Assembly (NCBI RefSeq): GCF_001194135.2
Contig: NC_068989.1
Location: 16,725,347-16,789,346 of the forward strand
Source of the DNA: Octopus bimaculoides
Lineage: Eukaryota
Direction of reading: 5' to 3'
Length of the DNA: 64,000 bases
Each line of letters opens with the position of its first letter. The stretch's first letter is position 1. Below the pieces are notes generated by a model that ran no database searches, was not told where the DNA came from, and worked only from the letters and a program-made list of their open reading frames with translations. Below, in pieces: positions 25,775 through 39,110 of the stretch. The translations under genes and the position numbers were made by a program.

Positions 25775-26109
25775 CCTGGCTTGTGCCAGTGGCACGTGGA
25801 AAGACATTCGAGCGAGTTCGTTGCAAGTACCGCTGGACTGGCTCCTGTGCAGGTGGCACATAAAATACACCATTTCGAGCGTGGCCATTGCCAGTACCCG
25901 CCTGACTGGCCTTTGTGCCGGTGGCACATAAAAGCACCCACTACACTCTCGGAGTGGTTGGCGTTAGGAAGGGCATCCAGCTGTAGAAACTATGCCAAAT
26001 CAGATTGGAGCCTGGTGTAGCCATCTGGTTTCACCAGTCCTCAGTCAAATCGTCCAACCCATGCTAGCATGGAAGGCAGACGTTAAACGATGATGATGAT
26101 GATGATGAT
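25775..26109 (+). mobile_element. Abundant (GAT)n-tailed short retroposon sharing its 3' end with the RTE LINE
   Basis: Ends ...gtccaacccatgctagcatggaaagcggacgttaaacgatgatg. Other copies: about 5880-6005, 6440-6662, 7186-7332, 14315-14535, 28160-28280, 55575-55935 (+); 18337-18633, 28430-28510, 48183-48360, 53326-53466, 63110-63270 (-). Confidence 0.85.
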
Positions 26110-27564
26110 GTGTGGTGCGTTTTGATTATTGATTTGGGTGCTATTTCTAGCCATTTAAATGATAAGACTTAATGAATTCTATTATTAATAACAAATCTGC
26201 TAATCTTTACCAACTGAACCTATATTATGTGAAAAAAAAAATGTTGTCAAATGACTTGGTTTCTGCTGGCCATAAAGGCAGTTCATGGAGAACAAAGCTC
26301 ATTTGGCAAATTCTCATGTATTTTTTTTTACAGTTATTCTAGGCTTATACATGGCTGAATGGCTAAAATAATGAATTGTTTAGCTGAAGGTTTTCTAGTT
26401 TGTATTCATTGCAGATGTTTCATTGTGTTGATATTACAGGATCAAGTGTTCCAGACTATCTTATCTAACAGTTAAAAACAGGTGACAGAACTAAAGAGCA
26501 TTACTTACAATAAGTCAATCATCTTAGCCAAGAGAAGATTTTTGAACTACTGCTTACAGTTACAGAATGCGGAGGCAAGCATTAGCTGTTTGATTTGCTG
26601 AAATCTACAAAACGATTACCATGTATCTACTTTCTGAGAACACAATCATCTCTTCAGTCTTGAAGCAGTAATTTACAACTGGCATTGAAAAAAAAATTCA
26701 TTTTTATTTCCTAGGTAAATGGATATTGCTCTACTTATGGTCCCTTGACAATAAAAACAAACAGCTATTTAACCTCAGATCAGACTTGACCAAAAAGGTG
26801 TTTGAATAATGGCATTCCAGTTGACAATCCTGTTTATAGTTTTCAGAGTTTATTTAGGACTACATTTTCAATAGAGTCCTTCTTTTATGAAAGACAGTAG
26901 GATGTGATTTGGAGATTTGATTTTTATTTGTAATAAATTGAATAATCATAGAGAGGTTCTCTCACTGACTCCATACTGTCCAACCTTTAGTCAACTCTGG
27001 TTAAATGATACTCCAGTCACCAATGTGTCTTACATTTCAGTTAATGTTACAAAGACTACATTATTCATTGTAGCTCTTTTTTCCCAAATAGAACATGACT
27101 TGTTTGAGATTCGGCTTATATTTCCAATAGGTCAAGTTTCTGTGTATACCCATCACCACCACCACTATTTCTTTTTGGTAACATTTACAAAGGAGTGCAT
27201 TTACAAAGTGGATAATAGACAAAACAATAAGCTAAGAGGTCAATGAGCCATATCCTGTTGTCAACAGTATTGTGTCCAATAGCCAAGCACCCATAGATGC
27301 TAAGATTCCTCTAGCTTCCATATAGAAGTTAATAATAAAGCCAATCATTAATCCCCATAATTGAGATTAACAGAGCCAATCATGGATATAGGAACGTTCA
27401 AGTAACTGACTGAACTGTCTCACAAGATGGATGAACTAAGGAAAGACCTGTTTAAGCTATGATAGAATATCAATAAGCGAGGACCATTTCGTCAGTACAG
27501 AAGCAGCAGCCAGATGTCTAGAAGTTTGGATAATAAAGACAAACGAGTAGAAAATTGTACTTAC

Positions 27565-27615
27565 TTTGACCATTTGGTCAACTTTCATATCTTCCAGTGA
27601 CGGATACAATGCCAT
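27565..27615 (-). CDS. SDCBP: Syntenin-1 coding exon 1 (MALYPSLEDMKVDQMVK); the exon including 5' UTR spans 27565-27652
   Basis: Minus strand reads ttttctctcattgcag|ATAC...aatcATGGCATTGTATCCGTCACTGGAAGATATGAAAGTTGACCAAATGGTCAAA|gtaagt. This matches the syntenin N-terminus MSLYPSLEDLKVD, with a phase-0 donor. Confidence 0.95.
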
Positions 27616-29163
27616 GATTACAACTTCTGTTAACTTTTAAACAGCAAAGTATCTGCAATGAGAGAAAAAAAAATCTAATACTAAATACCAACAGCTGAAG
27701 ACAATGATATACAAAATCGGTTGCACATGCATACTTATGTGATGCAATGGAAGATAGCAGCAGACAGCAGAAAGGGAAAGGGACTGTGATAGGTTCTCCC
27801 ATAACCTATTCAAAAGTATGATATCTCCATTATGTCCTTCTCCAGTATACAGTATCACCATTTCTATTCTACCACTCTGCACAACCAGAGATCCTTAACT
27901 CTTCTCACTTCTGGCACTCCGTTCCCACTCGTACCTTGAAGGTCCACTAACATTACATCACCACTATTTTTATCGCTTTCCAGATCCCTCTGATCATCCC
28001 CCACTTTCTCTTCAAAAATTTGAGTAGTTGTGTTCCTCTGCAGCAAGAAACTTATTCTATTCCAGCCCTTATGCTTTAACCCTCTCTACTACCACCATGA
28101 TCAAGGTTTGTAGTCTTCTAAGCTCCATGGCAAACTTACTAGTGCTGATGGCATGACAAAAAGCATCCAGTACATTAGGAAGGGCATCTGGCTTTAGAAA
28201 CTACGCCAAAGCAGACATGATGCAGTACTTAGCTCATCAAATCTTGTCAAACCATCAAATTCATGCCAGCATGGAATATGGATGTTAAAAAATGATGATG
28301 AAAATGCTACTGAAAAGCAGTTAACAGAGATAGTAAAAGATAAGAAGTATGTAGAAGTTAAAAGGAAAAATGAAAGCAGATAGTATGAGAAAGTAAAAGA
28401 AGGAAACGGTGATGGATTGTCTGCCTTCCAAGAACAGGCTTAGACCATCCAACAAGCTAGCTCCAATGTCTGCTTTGGCATGGTTTTTATGGCTGGATGC
28501 CATTCCTAATGACAATCCATTCGCTTAAATTCACTCTATGGGTTGGCAGAAGGTGGTTGTTTAAAGTGCCATGCAATCTAACAAAGAGCTATGTATGTGA
28601 TTGCAAACCAAACTTGTTAACAATGGACATAACAAAATAAAATTAAAATAACTCTAAAGTTAGTTGTTGAATTATAAAAAACTTACTTAACAAAACCATC
28701 AGAATAATGACTCATTCTAAAGCAGCTAAGAATGAAATGTGACTGCAGTACAACAAATAACTACTGCTTTGTGTATCATTCTGTAAGGAAAGCCTAACAT
28801 ACATATTTTTTATATGGGTTTTTTTGTCTGCTAACGAATATCATCCACTCACTGCTAGATTCCTGACACATACTTTAATTTGCTACTTCATGAATGAGGT
28901 TTATCTAGGGCAGATTTAATCCTTAATCCCATTGTTGCCTCAGATGTATCATCAGAAGACACAAGCAAATATTGCCATTAATTAACATTCAGAGTAGAAA
29001 TACCACTTCTAGAAGTAAACACTACTTAGTACAAAAAAAAAAAAAAGTATTTATAATAAAGCATCAGTTATGAGATTAAAAACTTGTGTTTTTAAAACCA
29101 GACAGTTATTGGATTGATACATTACTTTTCTTAAATCTAAAGGCTGCATGTGTGCCTATGTGA

Positions 29164-29198
<35 letters not shown>

Positions 29199-32100
29199 AC
29201 ACAGGAGCATAGGATGGAAGATGAAAAATAAAATTTAATGACATTCATGTCTTTCTTTATCAAATATATATTAGCAAAAATGTATCTCTTCTAATATTCG
29301 TGGTTAATGGTAGTAATCACTTGGTCCATAAAATGTTTGAATCTGTAGTTTAACTAACTTAACAGTTTGGCTAAATAAGACCATTTGATATTTGTTAAGT
29401 ACTCAATGTGATTTCCATTAAAAGCACTTAACAATCACTAATGTTCCTAGAAAGATACCATTGCCACAAAATCACATGCTCCCATGCCTAAACAAAAAAA
29501 TATTCACACATCAACAAAATAAAAACAAAAATCATCAACTGATATGAAAACCTAACTTTTGACCTCATTTCCAGAAAATACAACACATTATATTAAGTTA
29601 TCTATTGGACTGTTCTTTTCTTGACCCACTTCTGTATGAAAACAGCTTAGCAATGGCTAGGATTTCAAACACCTTTCACATTTACAGATTAAATATTGTG
29701 GATTATAAAAGCTTTAAGGTTTTTCAAATTAACTGCAGTCTCATTCATTTAATTTTCATATTTATCAAATATAAAAAAGTTCTTTGTCTCAGTTTATAAC
29801 TATTTTTCATAACACGGCTACTTCAATCAATACCCAGCTAATTATGTGGACTATACTGATCTAAAGTTACAAAGAAAACTGATCCGCAAACTGGAATTCA
29901 ATCTTGAAAATAGATATTTTCATTTTAAATTAAATAAAACCTTGTGCCACAATATTATCTTAGATCATAAACTAGCAATCAAAGTAGAATTTCAAGTAGC
30001 ACACTCTTTTACTTGTTTCAGTCATTTGACCGTGGCCATGCTGGAGCACTGCCTTTTGTCTAGCAAATCGACCCCGGGACTTATTCTTTGTAAGCCAAGT
30101 ACTTATTCTATCGGACTCTTTTTGCCGAACCGCTAAGTGACAAGGACATAAACACAACTGCTAAGTTACGGGGACGTAAACACACCAACATTAGTTGTCA
30201 AGTGATGGTGGAGGGACAAACACAGACACACAAATATATATACAAGCTTCTTTCAGTTTCCATTTACTAAATCCACTCACAAGGCTTTGGTCAGTCCAAG
30301 ACTATAGCAGAAGACACTTACACAAGGTGCCACGCAGTGGGTCTGAACCCGGAACCATGTGGTTGGGAAGCAAGCTTCTTACCACACAGCTACGCCTGCA
30401 CTTATTGAATGTATGTGTTGTTTATAATCTAGTATGTTCAGCAATAAAATTAACTAATGGTTTCACTTCAAATCAAAGGGTGAATGCATATTTTTGTTTA
30501 AATAAAGCCAAGTTATATTTGAAAAGTATATGAAGACAATGAACAAATGAGCCTGGTGAGTGTGACTCAGACACAACTCCTAGATGGAATTATCAATTTA
30601 CTCACTATTCCAATAAATATACTTATATTAACATAGCTTTTCCCCCAACCTCTAAAATATTTATTTCAAGTCTTTTAAATGCTAGTCAAATTGGTAAAAT
30701 TATTTATAAGGGAAGAAATAGAGGAAAAGGAAATAGTTCACTGGATAGAAACAAGCTCTAATATAAACAGTTTAGCAATCACTAGTTTCAATGATTCTTT
30801 TTTTCTTACAGTAGAAGGAGAGAAGTAGAATGGTGTTTGTTGAAACAACTGCTTACAGTTGGATGCACTTCCTATAGGCAAAACCCATTAATTATCAAAT
30901 AAAAGTGGAACCTGTCAGTCAAACAAATGAAGGTCACTTCAATTAAGTACCACATTGCCTAGAGAACAATACAAGATTTACAGTAAAGTTTGCAAATATC
31001 TATCCCATGCATTTTGTGATAAAGTCAGTTTATTTTGGTGATCAGTCCTACTTAAACCCATGTGTGGTATATGCCATTTCTCACTGGCATTTATAACAAA
31101 GAAAGAGAAATGACAACAACTGGAGACTAAAACAGGATTGCTGCCAACAACTTAAACTGCTTACTCTACAGTGCTTGCTTTTAAATAGACATTTTTATTT
31201 TATTTATTTATTTTTAGCTCTCTTGTTGTTTAGCCCCAGGACTAACAATCCATGATCAAAGATATCCTAGGTTTACATTGTCCAATATGCGTTTCCTGTA
31301 AGATGTTGATTTATAATAGGTCAGTCTAACAAGTGGAGGCTTCTGCATTAGCTTGTATATAATCTAGTTGGCTTAATTACTCAGTTTATTAAAAGCAGAT
31401 AGTTAAAGAGTATGTGTAATAATCAATAATATCTCAATATGAAACAGAACATTCTATGTGTTTATCTTCAAGATATGCTTTGTTAAAAGTAGCATTAAAT
31501 TTTAATGCTTTCATGCCAGCTAACAAGATGAAAGACGAACTTTAATGGAACAAGAAATAAAATCCCATTTAGCTAGCTAGTCATGCCAATAATTACATTT
31601 CATGTTTTACAAGAAAACTGTCTGCTGAAAGGAAAATGTAATATATAGAAATTGAATTTTATCTAATGCATTTAGCAACCCAAAATTGAATGAAATTTCC
31701 TATTCATGATTTCATATATTCAGTTTTAAACATGAATAACATGAACATGTTGAATTGTGTAATGCTCAGGAGCCTTTCAGTATAATTCAGACATCAGTTC
31801 AGTCAATAACCTATGATATAACCTAAAAGTCAAAATGAATGCTATTCATTAAATATGAGGTAGAGGAAATTAGTGTACTTTTAGGTTATATAAAGTCTTT
31901 AAAGTCCTAATGTATTCCAAACATCCAGCCTTGTTGGAAAGAAGAAAAAAAAAATCCTAATACTGACAACTGTTTACAACAGACAACTAGATATGGAAAA
32001 TATTTGAAGTCTTTAAAGATAACTAAAAACATAAAAGAAAATAATTGAAAAAGGAATCTGAAAAATCTTGAGATAAAGAAAAAAAAGAAAGAAAGGAAAC

Positions 32101-32470
32101 ATCTTTTGGAAAGCTGTTGAGCAAAAAGAAGAAAATATTTGCTTCAGACCATAGCATCTTAGAAGAAAAAGTACAAAAAAAAAAAGAAAGAAAGAAAGAA
32201 AGAAAAGCATTCTGAGTTTTATTATCACAGTTCAGACAAAGTTCTTTCAGATAGTAGTGGACTTTCTGCTTACTAAAACCCATTACCACAAGTTCCAAAG
32301 TTACATTATAACTACTGTAGAATCAGTTATCAGCTTACAGCATAGGAAACTAGTTACAAGAGAGAGTGAGTGGTATTTTAAAGGAAACTTTCTTTAAGTC
32401 TAATAAACAACTAGTGTTTATTTGATTGTAAAAACAACTAAAAATATACATGCTCTAGTTGCAAAATTAT

Positions 32471-32635
32471 TAGTATAGGAAAGGGATTCATAGCCAGTAT
32501 TTAAGTATGGGTATTTTCAGCTGAAAATTATATTATATGTAGTAGTAGTAGTAGTGTTGCTGCTACTATAAAGAATAATTTTCAGCTGGAAATACCCATG
32601 CTTAGATAATGGCTATGATTCCCTCTCCTATACTA
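32471..32635. repeat. 165-bp imperfect inverted repeat (MITE-like)
   Basis: 61-bp arms 32471-32531 and 32575-32635 with 6 mismatches; the spacer is (AGT)n/(CTA)n. Confidence 0.75.
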
Positions 32636-33070
32636 CTACAATGATGTTGCTAAAGACATCTTTTGGATCGCTTGTTCCAGATTACTGGTAATAGCATCTC
32701 TTTTCAAATCTTCCTTTAACTGCAACTAGCCTCAGAGGGTAAAAACAGGAGGAATGCTATCGAAATAGATGACAGCAATTTCAACTAACCAATATATAAG
32801 CATCATATATAACTAAAGACGTATTCTCGTGTTGACTTAAATTCACATGTTTATTTTCCCATAGTGGCCTAAATTGTTATTGCTGAGCAGCTCTGGTTAC
32901 AGTTAGCCAATAACTGCAGTGTAGAGACCACACACAATTCAGCCCGTTGGCAAGCATCTAATTTTACTGTCTCTTGAACAAGGATGGCGCTACTTCAGTA
33001 GGATTAGAAACCAGATGTCTATTAAGGCAGAAAACTGTCAATTACACAACTCTAAACCAGATTTTATATA

Positions 33071-33197
33071 CAGGGTGTCCACAAAGTCTGGGTACATGGG
33101 GATTAACACATACTTTAAGAAATTATTATTTCTTATATTTAATTGTTTATGTTATGATTTTATTTACTCCATGTACCCAGCCTTTGTGGACACTCTG
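33071..33197. mobile_element. 127-bp MITE, same family as 11362-11659
   Basis: Same TIRs and TA flanks; the interior is in the opposite orientation. Confidence 0.8.
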
Positions 33198-36100
33198 TAG
33201 ATTACAGGATAGCAAACAATATAAGTGCTTAATTGTTCTGATGATGACTATTCTCTAACTAGGCCATGTTGAAATATTAGTGTTGGGAACCATATACTTC
33301 AAGAGGATAATAGAAGGGAAAAGTTTCTATAAAATCAGCAGAGGTTTGAATGATATAAAAAAAAGTTAAGAATTAATATTTAGTATCACAATCAAGTACA
33401 ACATTTGCCTTGAATCAATCAGCTTGATTATTCATAATTAATACAGTTGGTAAGTGAAATGAAGTACTATAAAAAAAAAAAAATGATTTTCAGAATAGTG
33501 AAAACAGGCTTGTGTAATACATAATGCAAGATTTAAGAAAACAAAACAAAATCAACAGTTAACTAAAATATTGGTATCATTATTATTGGTGTCTATTGAA
33601 TCAATTACATCTCATCCCTATAACACTGGACCAATGCCAAGGTTGAGAGACATTATTATTATTAATGCTACTACTACTCATCCTCTCATAAAAGCATCAG
33701 CTTTCTCATAGCAGATCTATTTCCCTGTATTATCAAGTTTAGTTCAACAGACCTTGAGTACACAGTAAACATCCGTGTATTGCATATATGCATAAATAAA
33801 TAAACTAAAATAAAATACATTATACATAACTTTAATGATAAGCTTACAGTGCAGCATAGTTCTACTCTGCCCAATTCTGTGTCATTGCATTTGTGAGGTT
33901 TAACATCTTTAGATCTAACCTCGCCATTCTTTCCTTGGCTGTCTATCATTAGGCAGCACATTTTCTTTCATCTGCGTCACTTTTACAATACCAGTGCAGG
34001 GAACTCTCCTACATACAATAGCTGAGGCTTTTAATACTCAGCTGAGCTCTTAGCATTTGACTCTTATGTGGATATATGGAGATGTGTGTGTGTGTGTGTA
34101 CATGACTGTATCGTTCTAATTTAGTAAGTTCTATGGCTTCTAGCCAGCAAAAAGAGTAAATAGATACCTTTAAGAATTACCTAAAAATGTGAAAAAGAAT
34201 CACTTAGAAATTTCTGGAAGCTGATGGTTCACTCCATTGTTGGGTGCAATCATTTAAGTAACACAATAAATGATAACTTGTCGCAGACAAATAAGAACAC
34301 TGGTTGGGCTGATTTACTTTGGCTGACAACAGTTAGATAAGAGCATTCATAACAACATGCTGAGCCCCCTTACATGACTGCTATTGTACAGCAAAAATTT
34401 AGCTGATCAGGGTTTTAGTTTACATCAATTTCTACTCATTCAACTTTTGTTGGCTAAAGAATCTCAGAGTGAGAAATTGAAGTCAATCATCAGCTTCTTT
34501 TGAATAAATAACCCTACATATATCAAGTACTTTTTCTTATTGGTAACTCCAGTTCACTTGTGATCTGGTAACATGTAGTCTGGAACAATTTCTTGTATAG
34601 TTGGATCATTGGCGACTGGTGAAGAGGGTTGTTAGTAATACAGTAGGACAAAAAAAAAAAACTACTTGTCAAAAGGATGAATGAACCCAATGTAGAGTCA
34701 ACAGCTACCTAGCAAATGAGCAGGGACATCAGAATACTCATGATAGTGAATCTGTCAAGAAGATATGATGTAAAACCTGAGGGTCATTCAGCTTCTGATT
34801 GAACTAGTTACTCCTGGGCCACTGGAAAGAAAGCCAATCTATTTGAAAGGCAAGTGCAGCTCAGTGCATGCTTCACTCATTATATAATCAGCTTCTTGGA
34901 AAACATACTTTGGAAGAAAGCCATACAGCGATGGGAAGTAGTAGAATATACAGGCTTGACCAGTCGGCAGTATGTAATGGGAAGCCTACACAAAGGCAGC
35001 TTGGGATATTAGTAACTTCTTTTCTCATCCATGGTATGGAAAGATTTGACAGCACCTTGGGTGATTGAATAGACCTTTCCAAGAATAGCATTGCCCACTT
35101 GTTAATCAGAAAGGACCTAGCCTAATAAACTGGCCTGCACCTTACAACTAGCAGTTGGTTTCCCTTTGCAGGTTTCAAGGTAACATCCTTGAAATTTACA
35201 ACTTTCCAAGAAGTGGTTGTATTCTGACATAAGTTGACAGACAGACAGACATACACACACACCATACCTCTTAATTTGTGGAACTACAGACATGTGAAAT
35301 GTTAAGTTACCAAAATTTAACTCAAAACAGGTTGGTATTGAATAACAGAAGAGGTAAACATGGTATTCTAACATGATGTTAACTGGATATATGGACACAC
35401 ATACACACAAACACGAAACATTGTAATTTGCAGTGCTGGCTCTGAATTTTATAGGAAATCTATAAGAGATAAACGTAAGTGAAAACATGCACTGCTAAGA
35501 CAAAAGTAAGACACTTGTTGATTTGTAAACCTTTAATATACTTGGTAGTATATAATAGTTGCAAAATGAAATACAGTGTCCTTGTCAGCAATTTATACAC
35601 ATGCACGAAACAGGGATATATCTGCAAACATTCTATTTCACAAACAAATATTTGATTCAATATTGAAAGATTAATGAATACAAATAAAAGAAAATTGTTT
35701 TTTCCACACACAAATGTGTTTTTTATGATTATTGTATAGACAGCAATATCTGAAAGAAACTGTTATGTAAATACAAGTGTGAATGTACTTCTATTGATTT
35801 TCATGTAACTGATTACATTTTTAGATAACTCATTTCTACTATATTGTTTTTCAAGTGACTAGATTTCACTTTTTCAGAGCTTGTAGCCTGTTCAGCAAAT
35901 ATCCAAATAACTTTCTTTTAACAAAATATTTTGCTCAGTGTGTCATTCTAAAAATAATAATAGAAATTCTTTCTACTATAGGCACAGGGTTTGAAATTTA
36001 GGGGTATAGGATAGTTAATTACATTGACACCAGTGCTCAACTGGTACTTATTGATCCCAAAAGATTGCAAAGCAAAATTCACCTCAGCAGAATGTAACGA

Positions 36101-36249
36101 GCCGGAAGAAATGCCATCAAGTATTTTATCTGAAATAGTAATGATTCTGTCAGCTTACTTCCTTTGATAATTATAACAATCCTTTCTACTATAGGAACAA
36201 GGTACGACATTCTGGGGTAGTGAGGGGGGGGGACAAACAATTACTTCAA

Positions 36250-38860
36250 TCCCGGTGCTCTTCTTTCTTCATTAGTATAGTCAGTCTTTATGGGGAAGTC
36301 CCACAAGAGCCTGTAACTCTTATTCTTTATCACAACCTCTGGTTCATATTCATACCACCTTACTGCTATTTTGAAGCCACATAGCTAATACTCCAATGCA
36401 CTTTTTTGCCTACACAGTCACGCTTATACTTATGCTCCTTTCATGTTATTATACTGGACTCACTCAAAAGGTAACTGACCCTTTTGTCTCCTTCTCTACA
36501 GATTCTACATTTGCTGTCTGACTGAGTTTTGTTGATCTTTGTCCTTATCAGATTTATTCTAATCGCTTGTTCCTGAGCAGCTAAAATTAGTGTTTCAGTC
36601 TCGTTTCAAGCTCCTATCTGTCAACTAGAGCCAGCATTCTTTACTTCCAACATTTTCAGTCTGTTGCACAAATTGGCCGTGTAGTTTCACTTCTTTTTAT
36701 TTGTTTGTTCTGTTCTTTTTCTCTTTGAATTCTCCTACTGCCTCAGTTATTTTATGGGTATCTCTGGCTGCCAATAGTATTCTTTCTTTACTCTGCACAA
36801 CATAATTTTTCAGACCCAGTATCACAATATTAAAATGTCTTCTGTGCTTAGTAGTCCTCTGCCACTTTCCTTTCTTGGTAGATAGAGTCATTGAAATTTT
36901 AGGGTAGAATGCATTGTGAGGAACGTTCTAGTTCTTCTATCCAAGTTCTGTAGCTTGCCCTTTGTCCATTTCACAAAGGGGGAAAGAGTATCTCAATACT
37001 GGCATAGCCCATGGCTTTAATGATGCTCCCTCCATTTAATTTTGTTTCAAGCACCTTTCTAATTCTCCTGTACTCTTTAGTGATTTTCTCTTTCATTTCT
37101 CCTATTATCCTATCATTGTGCAGTGCTTCTAGGCATTTGTATCTCTCATTATTCCACAGCAATCTAATATTGTCTTGTAATTTTATGCCATTAGAGTTTA
37201 CCCTCCTATTTAAATTTATTTACTCCAAACTGCATTCCAATATCTTTACTGAATACTTTCACAATTTGGATTTTAAAAATCCAGGTTTATTACATTTTAT
37301 GTATATAGCTTGAGGTCATCCATATAAAGCAGGTGGGTTTTCATTTTAGTTTTGGTACACTTATAAGCAGGCTTAACAGAAGGAGTGAATCTCCCAGGAA
37401 AATATCTGTGTACGTTCATGTTACCAAGCCATTCATTTGCATGTCAGTTCTACTTCCAACACTCTCATTGAATTTTCCAAAAAGTTGTTTATCTTCTCAT
37501 TGACTCATTGAGTCCTTAGACACTCCAAGAACCAGATGTATGGGACACTGTCGTAAGGCTTCCCATAACCTATCCACCAACAGCTAAGTTCTTCTTTCTT
37601 ACATGTACCTTATTTAATATTCCACTATCTTATATATAACACATCAGCAAGGACCCTTGATTTCTTCCAACATCTTGTTTTTTCTGATTATAGATTCTTC
37701 TTTTCCAGAAAATTATCTGCTATGAGGTCAATTAACAGTTTCTTGAGTAATGGTAAACAAGTAAAAGGTCTATAGTTACTGACTCGTTACCTTAGTTGTT
37801 TATAGAATTTCCTTTTATTGTTCTTGAAGAGTCTATTCTGCAGGTACTGATTTGATCTCTGTCGGTATCCTATTTTCACCCAACATTTATTTATTTATTT
37901 TTTTTTTGTATTAGTTCCTCTGTAACTACCAGCAGTCTTTTGTGTCTTACATCATACATCTTATGCAATTTGTTCCTGTGTCTTTTTCTCATCCTCTTCT
38001 TTTCTACGATTGTATTTATCCATCCAAGATCTCTCTTGAGTTGTTCAATTTGGTTCTCAAGCTTTCATTTCCAACATGGTGCTTTGTCCTTTGTTTTTGA
38101 CTTTTAACCCCCAAAAGTTTGCACAGCAACAGAGGTGGTGCAGTATATAAGGTCGTTCAGATCTGTAAGGTTTTCAAAGTAGATTTTTGTTAACAGTTCA
38201 TCCATCCTTTATACAGTCTTCTTCTTTTGGTTCCTCTCAGCCTCTTTCTTTCCCTCTTTTGTGCTTCATTCAAGTGTAGTAGTAGGCTTCTTCCTCAGTA
38301 AGCCTTTCTCTTCAAGTAAAATTTACCTTCATCAAGACAGCTGTTTCTTTTGTAGATATTTATAGGTCCCTCTACTACACCCTGTTCTAGTTCTGCTTTT
38401 TGTTCATTGTGTTCAGTGGTAGTCATGCTCACACTCTTTTGCTATTGAGGAGATTTCCAGCTCTATCTGGGACAGCCACTTCTTTTTCACAATTACTCTG
38501 TCCAAATTTTATGCATTCTTTTCCTGTATCCTATTTTAGTAGACCCACTTCTGTAATGGCATTCCATTACAGTTCTATTGTCATTTTGAGTTCATTTTCT
38601 CATCTTTGTAGTAGTATTTAGGAACACTTGCCAGACAAGAGACCTTCACTCTGAGTTTGGCTGTTACAGACACAGTTGAGAGGGTTATTTGACATTACAC
38701 TTATAAAGAGGATTGTGTTGCAGTATTTTTATCGAGACACCATCTCTAGAGGGTTGCCAACCAAGGTTAAAGAGACTCTCTTCCCTCTGTGGCAGATTTA
38801 TCCCCATCAAGATGTTCTGTGTCATTTTTGTCCTCAGGGTATTCATTATTATTATTATTA
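36250..38860 (-). mobile_element. Large degenerate R4/Dong-like LINE (RT region)
   Basis: Minus-strand relics of RT motifs: IFLGDS (from GIFQGDSLSP) at about 37390-37405, and EKITKEYRRIRKVLETKLNGGSIIKA. Many stops and frameshifts. Confidence 0.7.
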
Positions 38861-38892
38861 TTATTATCATTATTATTATTATTATTATTATT

Positions 38893-39110
38893 AAGGTGGC
38901 AAGCTGGCAGAATCGTTAGCATGCTGGATGAAATGCTTAATGGTACTTTGCCTGTCGCTACGTTGTGAGTTCAAATTCCACCAAGGTTGACTTTGCCTTT
39001 CAACCTTTCAGGGTCAATAAATTAAGTACCAGTTACACACTGGGGTTGATGTAATTTACTAGTCTCCTCCCTCCAAATTTCAGACTGTGTGCCTTTAGTA
39101 GAAAGGATTA
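38893..39110 (+). mobile_element. tRNA-derived SINE with a Meta-like central domain, inserted in (TAT)n
   Basis: aaggtggcaagctggcagaatcgttagc...gactttgcctttcaacctttcagggtcaataaattaagtaccag. Related copies or fragments lie near 525-780, 7030-7185, 15280-15500, 20465-20610, 24690-24840, 35975-36150, 58760-58900 and 63470-63560. The Meta-domain assignment is from recall. Confidence 0.7.

Noticed and set aside
26615-26665. CUGAAGA...GAAAG motif on the minus strand (also CUGAUGA at about 54795 and 55433)
   Set aside because: No closing stem I or valid stem II/GAAA junction, so not called hammerheads.
32630-32720. Protein-like minus-strand frame LKEDLKRDAITSNLEQAIQKMSLATSL
   Set aside because: Weak acceptor, an upstream in-frame stop and no homology recognised.
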